Shown here in pieces: positions 10,481-18,850 of a stretch of 64,000 nt of DNA. The first letter of the stretch is position 1. The number at the start of each line of letters is the position of its first letter. The stretch spans positions 96,001 through 160,000 of the forward strand of contig CAXWPJ010000006.1 in NCBI GenBank assembly GCA_963664115.2. The letters are read 5' to 3'. A program made the position numbers and the translations under genes. The notes under the pieces were generated by a model. It saw nothing but the letters and a program-made list of their open reading frames with translations, ran no database searches and was not told the origin of the DNA. This stretch comes from Terriglobia bacterium. Lineage in GTDB: Bacteria > Acidobacteriota > Terriglobia > 20CM-2-55-15.

Positions 10481-10753
10481 TCATCGATTCCGTCTCATCC
10501 TTTGCGCAGTCCGACGCGGAACTTTGGCGTTCTGCATCTGTTTGAGGTTGTAGACGGTGAAGAAAGCGGTGGCTGCCGCCAGCAGTGCAGATATGACGAT
10601 GGCTGGAGTGCTGCCGAGTTGAATCGATCGAATGATCTGGATCGAGGCGATGACAAACAGGATAAACGCCGCCACCACCATGATGAAACGGTAGGCCACG
10701 GTTTCTCGGAAGGGAAGCACGGCCTCTTTCTTTTTGATCCGCTTGCGTCCCAT
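10481..10753 (-). CDS. Small two-TM membrane protein
   Basis: Basic termini with two hydrophobic helices. Confidence 0.75.
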   Translation of the reverse strand: MGRKRIKKKEAVLPFRETVAYRFIMVVAAFILFVIASIQIIRSIQLGSTPAIVISALLAAATAFFTVYNLKQMQNAKVPRRTAQRMRRNR

Positions 10754-10775
10754 GGCGCGTATTATACGCGGATCG

Positions 10776-11093
10776 TCAGAGAGTGCCCTCCAGCATCGTC
10801 AAAGCTTCCGTTAATTCATCCCGCGTGTGACCGTCTCCGGCCTGCGTCGCGACCGCGATCCCTTTTTGATAGGTTGATACGGCTTCCTGGACGCAGCTCT
10901 CGCGTTCATATAACTTTCCGAGCTGGTAATAAGTGGCAACATAGGCGGGATCGTTCTGGACAACTGTTTCAAATTCCTTAATCCCGTCATCGTGCTGGCC
11001 AAGCTTCATGTGCTCCATTGCCAGCGCATAGCGGGAAAACGAATCGTTCGGGTCTTCTTTGAGGAAACCCTTTAGCGCGTCAATTCGTGACAT
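10776..11093 (-). CDS. Small TPR protein
   Basis: DPNDSFSRYALAMEH...YYQLGKLYE...YQKGI. Confidence 0.88.
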   Translation of the reverse strand: MSRIDALKGFLKEDPNDSFSRYALAMEHMKLGQHDDGIKEFETVVQNDPAYVATYYQLGKLYERESCVQEAVSTYQKGIAVATQAGDGHTRDELTEALTMLEGTL

Positions 11094-11116
11094 AGGTTAA
11101 TGTGGATCCCGGTTGA

Positions 11117-11446
11117 TCAAAGCTCCGCCCACTTGCCCTCGCCTTCCCACACCCGGACAGTGAACGCAAACGTGAACTTGTCGGCCAGCTTGGTTCGTAG
11201 AAGCTCGCATATGTTCTCAACGGAAGGGTACTCGATAAAGTCGTTCAGGGACGTGTGATCGTAGAGGCTCAATACGGCCCGCAGGTCTTGTTTCATCAGA
11301 TCGAAGTCGAGGAGCATGCCCCCCGGACCGGTCTCCCCTTCGATGATGATCTCGACCTTGTAAGTATGACCGTGAAGCTGCCCGCACTTGGGGTGCCCAG
11401 GCAGGAAATGAGCGCAGTCAATGTGATCTGTAATGCCGAGTTTCAT
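11117..11446 (-). CDS. queD: 6-carboxytetrahydropterin synthase / PTPS family
   Basis: AHFL...C..LHGHTY, DH..LN, PSVEN, VWE motifs. Confidence 0.9.
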   Translation of the reverse strand: MKLGITDHIDCAHFLPGHPKCGQLHGHTYKVEIIIEGETGPGGMLLDFDLMKQDLRAVLSLYDHTSLNDFIEYPSVENICELLRTKLADKFTFAFTVRVWEGEGKWAEL

Positions 11447-11712
11447 ACATTAAAATAGGATGGGGCCCACCGGCCCCTCTAAAAGCAAACAATTAAGAGT
11501 GCACTAACAGGGACGCTATGCCGTGATGTAAGGAACTAGGACGCCGGCCGGTCCCCCCATGCCGCTTGTTGTTCGATTATGCCTGAATTGGCGGGGGCCC
11601 ACCGGAGACTTTGAGCGTAGACCTTCAGTGCCCACCAACGGCAGACTTGTTGTGGCTCGCTTAGAATAGAGCAAAAAAAAATGCAGCCGAAGCTGCATTT
11701 TAAAGTGAAGAA

Positions 11713-11742
11713 CGAATCCCCCATCAGATGATGGGGGATTCG
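11713..11742 (-). terminator. Hairpin terminator downstream of peptide gene 1
   Basis: CGAATCCCCCATC-AGAT-GATGGGGGATTCG perfect inverted repeat; minus strand continues TTCTTCACTTT. Confidence 0.8.
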
Positions 11743-11751
11743 TGGAATGCT

Positions 11752-11898
11752 TTAGCGACCGCCGTGGCCGCCACCGCCGCCTTTGCCTTTACCACCGGGG
11801 AACGGCCAAACAAGTTCGCCGGGAGCAATGCGCTCTTCTAATTCTTCTACTTTGATTTCGAGTTCGAGTTCGAATCCTTCGATATTCTTCGGTTCCAT
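11752..11898 (-). CDS. Putative RiPP precursor peptide 1 (48 aa): MEPKNIEGFELELEIKVEELEERIAPGELVWPFPGGKGKGGGGGHGGR
   Basis: Hand-translated; RBS AGGAGG upstream, terminator downstream; paralogue differs mostly at synonymous positions across the core. Confidence 0.88.
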   Translation of the reverse strand: MEPKNIEGFELELEIKVEELEERIAPGELVWPFPGGKGKGGGGGHGGR

Positions 11899-11926
11899 CC
11901 TGTTGTCCTCCTGACAGTAAGTATAC

Positions 11927-11953
11927 TTATCGGAGCGTTCGTCCTAAGATTCA
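11927..11953 (-). promoter_or_regulatory. Possible sigma28-type promoter for peptide gene 1
   Basis: Minus strand TGAA-N15-TCCGATAA versus consensus TAAA-N15-GCCGATAA. Confidence 0.35.
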
Positions 11954-12208
11954 CGCTCTAACAGAACCCCTCCGAAAAGGAGTCCGACGCTTGATTGCCC
12001 GTCATGGGAGCCCTGCGCTGAGCGGAAGCATATCATGGTCGACACGAGTGAGTACAAGCAAAAAAATACCTAAAACATCCGCCTAATCTAATATAAATAA
12101 AGTAATTATAGTTATTAATGTTATGAGGCGTTGAGATGTCTGAATTAGCTGTATTTGCTTGGAAAATCAAGGTCGGAGCCTAGGGAAAAGGCCTGTTTGG
12201 TCTGCACT

Positions 12209-12244
12209 AAAAAAAGCCCCCGCCAGACTGACGGGGGCTTTTTC
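12209..12244 (-). terminator. Intrinsic (bidirectional-looking) terminator downstream of peptide gene 2
   Basis: AAAAAAAGCCCCCGCCAG-A-CTGACGGGGGCTTTTT. Confidence 0.88.
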
Positions 12245-12258
12245 TTAATTTGCGACGC

Positions 12259-12405
12259 TTAGTGACCGCCGTGGCCTCCACCGCCTTTGCCTTTCCCGCC
12301 GGGGAAGGGCCAAACGAGTTCGCCGGGGGCAATCTTCTCTTCCAGCTCTTCTATCTCAAGTTCGAGGTCGAGTTCAATTCCTTTGATTGTGTCCTTAGGT
12401 TCCAT
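12259..12405 (-). CDS. Putative RiPP precursor peptide 2 (48 aa): MEPKDTIKGIELDLELEIEELEEKIAPGELVWPFPGGKGKGGGGHGGH
   Basis: Hand-translated; RBS AGGAGG upstream, terminator downstream; paralogue of peptide 1. Confidence 0.88.
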   Translation of the reverse strand: MEPKDTIKGIELDLELEIEELEEKIAPGELVWPFPGGKGKGGGGHGGH

Positions 12406-12527
12406 CCTGTTTCGTCCTCCTAATAAGAGTTATTCCCAATACGGGCACTGTTATGTTTCGGAGACACGATGCTTGTAAAGACTTTTCTGCAAAGCTCTTC
12501 TGTAGGGAGCTGGCCATTCGCCCCTCT

Positions 12528-14015
12528 TCATTCGAAGTAGTTGCCGAAGCGTTCGGCCAGATCGATCAAAGTCTTGGCGCCAAAACCGATCCCGCCCGCT
12601 TCGTAGTATTTCCAGGCCTTGTCTCTCATAAACGGACCGGCGATATCCAGGTGGGCCCATGCGGTTTTTTCAGGTACGAATTCCTGGAGAAACAGGCCGG
12701 CAGTCGAGGCGCCTGCCATCGCACCTCCAATGTTATTGATGTCCGCATATGGCGTGTTGAGCAAGGCCTTGTATTCCGCTGGAAGGGGCAGCTCCCAGAA
12801 GCTTTCTCCATGGTTTTCGCCTGAGGCGGTCACGGCGCGAATGAGCTCCGGGGAATTGCCCATGACGCCGGCGATACTTTGTCCCAGTGCACGAACACAA
12901 GCGCCGGTGAGCGTTGCGATGTCGACAATATGGGTTGCGCCCTCATCCCCCGCCAGGGCGAGACCGTCGGTCAGGATCAATCGTCCTTCCGCGTCTGTGT
13001 TGTCGACCATGATCGTCTTGCCGTTACGCGCCCTGAAAATGTCCCCGGGGCGCTGGGCTTCGCCGTCCGGGGAGTTTTCCGCCGCTGGAACGATGCCCAC
13101 GACGTTCACATTGGGTTTCAGTTTCCCGATCGCCTTCATCGCAGCCAGAACCGCCGCGCCTCCCGACATATCGCCCTTCATTTCGAACATCCGGTCAGGC
13201 GGTTTCAGAGAGATGCCTCCCGTGTCGAACGTCACACCTTTACCGACGAGAGCCAACCGGTGAGGTGATCCGTTGGCGCGATACGACAGACGTATCAACC
13301 TGGGTTTATTGGCGCTGCCCTTACCGACCTCGATCAGGCCATTAAAGCCTTCCTTCTTTAATTGATTGGCGTCCCAGATACGGACGTCCAGCTTGGATTC
13401 TTTGGCAATTGCGCGAGCATCTTCGGCCAGTCGCGCCGGCGTGACTACCGATCCCGGCTCGTTGATCAGATCCCGAGCGTAGTTGACGGCTTCCGAGACA
13501 GTCGTGTAACGGTCGAGATAGCGCCGGTTCTGTTCATCGTTCGATTTCAAGGTGATCAGATCCACTCTCATCTTGTCGAAGAAATCTTGCCGTTCTTTGT
13601 TGTCCTTCTTGTAGCTGTCAAAGCAATACGCGCCCAGAATCGCCCCTTCCACAGCCTTTCCAACAAAAGGAGCGGCGGCTTCTGTATTCATGACGATCGA
13701 AACCCGTCGCAGTCCATGATCGCGGGCGGTGTGTATCGCCTTTGCCACGTAAGTTTTGAGGTTTTCCCAGACGTTGAATGCCGGGTCGAGCGACGTGGAA
13801 TATACAGCAAGGTGAGTGGCCGCGCTCTTTCCCGTACGCGGGGCGAAGTATTCCCGGCGTTGCCGCTTCGTCCTGAACTTTCTCCGGAGGCCGTCGACGG
13901 TCGCTGCCAGGGGAGACCGTCCCAGGTCGTGTAGACGTGTTTCCTTGTCGAGTACGATCACAAGAAGGTCTGTCTTGACCTTCTGCGGATTATCATAGCG
14001 GAGTTGAACTTTCAT
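12528..14015 (-). CDS. pepA: Leucyl aminopeptidase (M17)
   Basis: LVGKGVTFDTGG, MKGDMSG, NTDAEGRL, DIATLTGA, WAHLDIAG. Confidence 0.96.
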   Translation of the reverse strand: MKVQLRYDNPQKVKTDLLVIVLDKETRLHDLGRSPLAATVDGLRRKFRTKRQRREYFAPRTGKSAATHLAVYSTSLDPAFNVWENLKTYVAKAIHTARDHGLRRVSIVMNTEAAAPFVGKAVEGAILGAYCFDSYKKDNKERQDFFDKMRVDLITLKSNDEQNRRYLDRYTTVSEAVNYARDLINEPGSVVTPARLAEDARAIAKESKLDVRIWDANQLKKEGFNGLIEVGKGSANKPRLIRLSYRANGSPHRLALVGKGVTFDTGGISLKPPDRMFEMKGDMSGGAAVLAAMKAIGKLKPNVNVVGIVPAAENSPDGEAQRPGDIFRARNGKTIMVDNTDAEGRLILTDGLALAGDEGATHIVDIATLTGACVRALGQSIAGVMGNSPELIRAVTASGENHGESFWELPLPAEYKALLNTPYADINNIGGAMAGASTAGLFLQEFVPEKTAWAHLDIAGPFMRDKAWKYYEAGGIGFGAKTLIDLAERFGNYFE

Positions 14016-14143
14016 CAGCCTTGGGTCCTCCAAAGTTATAGGGCGAGATCGCCCTCCATCATACGGGTAGACCTCATATCCGACAACGTTAGTGGCTGAA
14101 AGAAGGACCTGTTCTGGCCTCGAACTGGGCGATCTTGGGCCTT

Positions 14144-16528
14144 ATGCGCTCTAAACTCCAGGTGCGGCTTAAAGAGCAGCTCGATAAGGAAGAGTTGGTA
14201 CCCTCCCGGGACAAGGGCGACCCTTTCGTCCAGCTCCAGAACAATCCATGTGTGACCGGTTACCACAGGATTCCGGCGCGCGAGGCGAGTTGGGTTGATC
14301 TGCCGGATTCGCTGGATTCGAGATTCACCCGGGTGATGGTTGAGCGTGGAATCTCCAGGCTCTATTCGCACCAGGTGGAGTGCTACGAAAATGCCTGCAA
14401 AGGCCGCAACACGGTCGTGGTGACGCCTACAGCCTCGGGCAAGACCCTTTGCTACAACATCCCCGTATTACAGAGCGTCATCAAGAATCCGGACAGTCGG
14501 GCAATGTACCTGTTTCCGACCAAGGCACTGACCTATGATCAACTCGATGATCTCATCCAGTGGTCGGAAGCTCTGCCTGGTGAAATTAGCATTCATTCAT
14601 ACGATGGCGACACGCCATCCGACGCCCGCCAGGCGATTCGTGCCAAGGGCCACATCGTACTGACCAATCCAGACATGCTCCACAAGGGGATTCTGCCCCA
14701 CCACACCAAATGGGCTCGCCTCTTTGAGAACCTCGAATATGTGATCGTCGACGAACTGCACACCTATCGAGGCGTGTTCGGGAGCCATCTGGCCAACCTG
14801 TTTCGTCGCCTGGAACGGATTTGCCGCTTCTACGGAAGTGCCCCACGCTTTATCTGCACCTCAGCGACGATAGCCAATCCCAGGGAGCTGGCCGAGAAGC
14901 TCACCGGCAAAGAATTCGAGTTGATCGAATCAAGTGGTGCGCCAGAAGGTGAGAAGCATCTGTTTTTCTACAATCCTCCAGTTGTAAATCGGCATCTGGG
15001 CATTCGGCGTTCATACGTTCAGGAAACCCGGCGCATTGCGGCAGGGTTTATCAGCCGGGCGAAAGGATCCATCGTCTTTGCGAACAGCAGGCTGATCACC
15101 GAAGTGCTGGTCCGCTATCTCAAAGAGGACTTGCGTCCCGGGGTCGGGAAAGAGGACCTTGTGGTGGGCTATCGCGGGGGTTATCTGCCCCGGGAGCGCC
15201 GGGCTATCGAGCGTGGTCTGAGGGAAGGTGCCATCCGGGGCGTCGTTTCCACCAATGCCCTTGAGCTGGGCATCGATATTGGAAGTCTCGATGTCGCGAT
15301 TCTTGCCGGATATCCGGGAACGGTCGCATCGACCTGGCAACGTATGGGGCGAGCCGGGCGAAGAAGCGGAAGCGCCATAGGCATCATTGTGGCTTCGAGT
15401 GCCCCCTTGGACCAGTACATTGCCAACCATCCGGAGTATTTTCTGGAACAGTCGCCTGAAGCAGGACTGATCAACCCGGAAAACATCCACATCCTGATCA
15501 GCCATCTTCAGTGCGCGACCTTCGAATTGCCTTTCGGGGAGGATGAGTTGTTCGGTGTCCACGATGTTCGGGAGATCCTCGAATACTTATCCGAGAAAGG
15601 TTCCGTCCACAAGGCCGGGCAAAAGTGGCACTGGACGAGCGAGTCCTATCCCGCGGATTCGATTTCCATGCGGAGTATCAGTTCGGACAATTTCCTCGTG
15701 GTGGAAACGAGCGGGGAAGCCCGGATCATTGGCGAGGTGGATTACTCCAGCGCGTTTACAACGCTGCATGAAAAGGCGATCTATCTGCATCAGGGGCAGC
15801 AGTATTACGTCCGGAGCCTGGATATTCCCGAGCGGCGCGCCTATGTCAAACGTGTTGATTCCGAGTATTACACTGATGTGATTACCTACACCCACGTTCG
15901 GGTTCTGGATACGGCTGAAACGGAAAAAATCCATCAGCATGGAGAGGTGCATGTGGCGCACCAGGTCGTGGGCTTCAAGAAGCTGAAGTTCACTACGATG
16001 GAAAACGTCGGTTCGGGTGAACTCAGCATGCCGACCCAGGAGATGCATACGACGGCCTACTGGATTCGGATTCCGCGAAGTGTTTACGATCCGCTGTCTT
16101 TATCGGCGTCCGCCCGTTTGGATGGAGTACACGGTGTTGCCTACGCATTGGCGGCGATCGCATCTGTTTTTCTAATGTGCGATCGCCGCGATCTGGGATC
16201 TTCGGTTCAAACCGGCGCCGAAGAAACGACTCCGACCACCGAAGCCGCTCTTCGGAAAGCGTCCGAAGTTGAGCATGAACCCACGATCTTCATTTACGAC
16301 AACTACCCCGGAGGCATTGGACTGAGCCGGCCGCTCTATGAGGTTCGCGAGCGCGTTCTCGAGGAAACCCGGCACTTGATTCGGTCCTGTGGCTGTGACG
16401 AAGGATGCCCATCCTGTGTGGGGCCGTTTCCCGGAGCGAAAGAACCGTCTCTGGCCATTCTGGACGCACTGTGCGGTGGGACAGCGTCACAGAAAGCCCC
16501 CGCTGTCAGCCGGTTCTCTGAGGAATGA
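14144..16528 (+). CDS. DEAD/DEAH helicase with C-terminal DUF1998 four-Cys domain (MrfA/YprA/Hrq1-SftH type)
   Basis: PTASGKT, DELH, SAT, STNALELGIDIG, QRMGRAGR, C-terminal CGCDEGCPSC. Confidence 0.92.
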   Translation: MRSKLQVRLKEQLDKEELVPSRDKGDPFVQLQNNPCVTGYHRIPAREASWVDLPDSLDSRFTRVMVERGISRLYSHQVECYENACKGRNTVVVTPTASGKTLCYNIPVLQSVIKNPDSRAMYLFPTKALTYDQLDDLIQWSEALPGEISIHSYDGDTPSDARQAIRAKGHIVLTNPDMLHKGILPHHTKWARLFENLEYVIVDELHTYRGVFGSHLANLFRRLERICRFYGSAPRFICTSATIANPRELAEKLTGKEFELIESSGAPEGEKHLFFYNPPVVNRHLGIRRSYVQETRRIAAGFISRAKGSIVFANSRLITEVLVRYLKEDLRPGVGKEDLVVGYRGGYLPRERRAIERGLREGAIRGVVSTNALELGIDIGSLDVAILAGYPGTVASTWQRMGRAGRRSGSAIGIIVASSAPLDQYIANHPEYFLEQSPEAGLINPENIHILISHLQCATFELPFGEDELFGVHDVREILEYLSEKGSVHKAGQKWHWTSESYPADSISMRSISSDNFLVVETSGEARIIGEVDYSSAFTTLHEKAIYLHQGQQYYVRSLDIPERRAYVKRVDSEYYTDVITYTHVRVLDTAETEKIHQHGEVHVAHQVVGFKKLKFTTMENVGSGELSMPTQEMHTTAYWIRIPRSVYDPLSLSASARLDGVHGVAYALAAIASVFLMCDRRDLGSSVQTGAEETTPTTEAALRKASEVEHEPTIFIYDNYPGGIGLSRPLYEVRERVLEETRHLIRSCGCDEGCPSCVGPFPGAKEPSLAILDALCGGTASQKAPAVSRFSEE

Positions 16529-17868
16529 CCCGGTTCCGAAAGGCGCTGAACCGCCTTCGAGTTGAGAATCCTTCAACTCGTTTTTCGATTTCCGATCAAC
16601 TGAAATTTCTAGGGGATACTCCACGCCCGAAACCCCAGCGCGATAGCGCTCACAGCGGGAACAAGGTCGCTGTAGCTTCGCTTCCCGACGGTCGCATCGA
16701 ATCGACGGCTAACGGGAAGCACTACGTCATCACGAATTCCTATCCCGCCACCCACCATCACGGAAAAGTGTGCCTGGATCGGATGTCGTTGGACGATTTG
16801 TCGGTATTGCTCGAACTGGCGCGGTGCCCACATAAGGAGTTGGACCGCGCGCGGATCGTTTTTCTGGATACCGAAACGACCGGGGTCCAAGGTGGCACCG
16901 GAACATGTCCGTTCTTGATAGGATTGGGTTTCTTCCGTGGCGATCGATTCCAGGTTGTTCAATATTTCATTCGTGATTTCGATGAAGAGCCATCGATGCT
17001 GTCGGCTCTGGGTAAATTTCTTGAGCAATTCGAACTGATCGTGACCTACAACGGAAAAGCGTTTGATTTGCCCTTGGTTGAAAACCGTTGTGTCTTGTCA
17101 CGGTTGGATCTTCCATTCCGGCACCTTTCTCACTTCGATCTGCTGTTCACAGCACGCCGTTTGTGGCGAGCAAGTCAGGGAAGTTGCCGGTTAACAGCTC
17201 TGGAGGAGAAGCTTGTCGGATTCGGGCGTGGGCCTGACATCCCCGGATCCATGATTCCCAGGGCGTATTTCGATTATCTTCGGTCTTCCGATGCGAGCAT
17301 CATCACCAGCGTTTTTTCCCACAACGTCTACGATATATTTTCATTGGCTGCGCTAATGGTTCAAGCCTCAGACCAGGTTGTGTGTGATCCGGTTCTTGTT
17401 GACGAGGCCCTGGACCTTTATTCGCTCGGACGGGTTTTTGATAGAGCAAGTGATTGTTCGAAGAGCATGCGTTGTTATGAAATGGCATTGGAATCGCCAC
17501 TTCCTGCGGCAGTTCGGGTCCGTATCCTGGAGCGTTTGACGGTGCTCTATCGGAGGATTGGAGAACACAGGCGTTCCCTGGACAGCTGCGAGGAACTGAT
17601 CGCGCGTTCAGAGTTTAGTTTTATCGGGTACGAAGGTGCTGCGCTCTACTATGAATACCGTGGCCGCGATCTGGAAGCCGCGTCGAATGTGCTCGACCAG
17701 GCTCTGAACCGGACCGAAGGCCTGTCATGGATGGACCGTCGCCGGGCGAGCCTCCAGGCCCGAAAAGAACGAATCGAGAGAAAATTTCAGAAAGCTTCGA
17801 GAGTCGAGGAGGCACAGAAAGCGTTAACCGCAATGGCGCAAAGGCGCAAAGGTTTTATGGTGGGCTGA
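16525..17868 (+). CDS. RNase H-like exonuclease with C-terminal TPRs (MrfB/YprB type)
   Basis: FLDTETTG, TYNGKAFDLP, HNVYD; ATGA coupling to the helicase. Confidence 0.88.
   Translation: MTRFRKALNRLRVENPSTRFSISDQLKFLGDTPRPKPQRDSAHSGNKVAVASLPDGRIESTANGKHYVITNSYPATHHHGKVCLDRMSLDDLSVLLELARCPHKELDRARIVFLDTETTGVQGGTGTCPFLIGLGFFRGDRFQVVQYFIRDFDEEPSMLSALGKFLEQFELIVTYNGKAFDLPLVENRCVLSRLDLPFRHLSHFDLLFTARRLWRASQGSCRLTALEEKLVGFGRGPDIPGSMIPRAYFDYLRSSDASIITSVFSHNVYDIFSLAALMVQASDQVVCDPVLVDEALDLYSLGRVFDRASDCSKSMRCYEMALESPLPAAVRVRILERLTVLYRRIGEHRRSLDSCEELIARSEFSFIGYEGAALYYEYRGRDLEAASNVLDQALNRTEGLSWMDRRRASLQARKERIERKFQKASRVEEAQKALTAMAQRRKGFMVG
17827..17853 (+). repeat. Left arm of a 27-bp inverted repeat (CGCAAAG-type REP-like unit)
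   Basis: ACCGCAATGGCGCAAAGGCGCAAAGGT; 25/27 match to the reverse complement of 18146-18172. Confidence 0.8.
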
Positions 17869-18128
17869 TGGACCTGATCAGAAAGGTCGCTCTGGAACTG
17901 GAACAATACGAGCATCCCTTCTTTGAGTTTTCGGCAGCGGAAACTGTAAACGGTGTTGATGTGTGTGTGCGTTCGCAGCTGTCAGGGGTCCACTCGCCCG
18001 AATATCGATTCACCCTAAGCAAACGGGAAATCGACCACCCACAGTTTCGGTGGAGTTTCCAGGGATTGCTGTACGGAAATCTGAACGACTACATGGTCGA
18101 ACTCTTCACCCGCTCCCCGGGCGATTAA
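17868..18128 (+). CDS. Small hypothetical protein (86 aa) between the inverted repeats
   Basis: ATG overlaps the upstream TGA; MDLIRKVALELEQYEHPFF...FTRSPGD. Confidence 0.7.
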   Translation: MDLIRKVALELEQYEHPFFEFSAAETVNGVDVCVRSQLSGVHSPEYRFTLSKREIDHPQFRWSFQGLLYGNLNDYMVELFTRSPGD

Positions 18129-18145
18129 ACAATTCGACAAAAGAG

Positions 18146-18172
18146 ACCTTTGCGTCTTTGCGCCTTTGCGGT
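18146..18172 (-). repeat. Right arm of the 27-bp inverted repeat
   Basis: ACCTTTGCGTCTTTGCGCCTTTGCGGT, followed by related CTTCGTGTCTTCGTG. Confidence 0.8.
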
Positions 18173-18211
18173 GGAGTTCCGTCCGAATCTTCGTGTCTTC
18201 GTGTTGACCTC

Positions 18212-18850
18212 TTAAACCCGTTTGTCCTCGGACTCGCAAAGTTCCGCGACCGTGCAGTTCGCGCAGTCGGGCTTCTTGGCATCGCAGACCCTCCGGCCAT
18301 GGTGGATCAACAGATGACTGAACAGAATCCACTTGTCCCGCGCGATGACGCGCATCAGGTCCTGTTCGATCTTGTCTGGACGCGATTCCCTGGAAAATCC
18401 CAATCTTCGTGAGAGTCTTTGAACGTGCGTATCGACGACAACTCCTTCGGCCTTGCCGAACGCGACACCGAGGACGACGTTGGCCGTCTTGCGAGCCACG
18501 CCGGGCAGTTCCAGAAGTTGGTCCATTTCCTCTGGCACCCGGCCGCCGTGTTTACTGTCGATAATCTTCGACGCTTCACGGATATGTTTCGCCTTGTTGC
18601 GGAAGAAACCCGTCGAATGGACCATCTTTTCGAGAAGCCCCGCTTCGGCCCGGGCAAACGCACGCGCGGATCTGTATTTTCTGAATAGTGCGGGTGTGAC
18701 GAGGTTGACCCGTTTGTCCGTGCTTTGCGCTGAAAGAATCGTGGCGACCAGGAGTTGGAGTGGTGTAGTGAAATCCAGTTCGCAATCCGCGTCGGGATAC
18801 GTTGCCTCAAGAGCCTCAGTAATTTTCTCGAGCCGTCTTAAGCGCGGCAC
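18212..18850 (-). CDS. nth: Endonuclease III
   Basis: HhH LPGVARKTAN, VVDTHV, 4Fe-4S C-x6-C-x2-C-x5-C. Confidence 0.96.
   Translation of the reverse strand: MPRLRRLEKITEALEATYPDADCELDFTTPLQLLVATILSAQSTDKRVNLVTPALFRKYRSARAFARAEAGLLEKMVHSTGFFRNKAKHIREASKIIDSKHGGRVPEEMDQLLELPGVARKTANVVLGVAFGKAEGVVVDTHVQRLSRRLGFSRESRPDKIEQDLMRVIARDKWILFSHLLIHHGRRVCDAKKPDCANCTVAELCESEDKRV

Noticed and set aside
11447-11700. preQ1 riboswitch or 6S-like RNA upstream of queD; 12-bp repeat GGGGCCCACCGG at about 11462 and 11594
   Set aside because: No preQ1 stem plus A-rich tail and no long 6S-like duplex visible; the repeat is a short GC hairpin of unclear meaning
12287-12478. 63-aa Ser-rich plus-strand ORF in the ORF track
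   Set aside because: Antisense shadow of peptide gene 2; RBS, terminator and paralogy support the minus strand
14144-16528. DISARM/Druantia defence system
   Set aside because: No methylase, DrmB/C/D or Dru partners; pairing with a YprB-like nuclease fits repair
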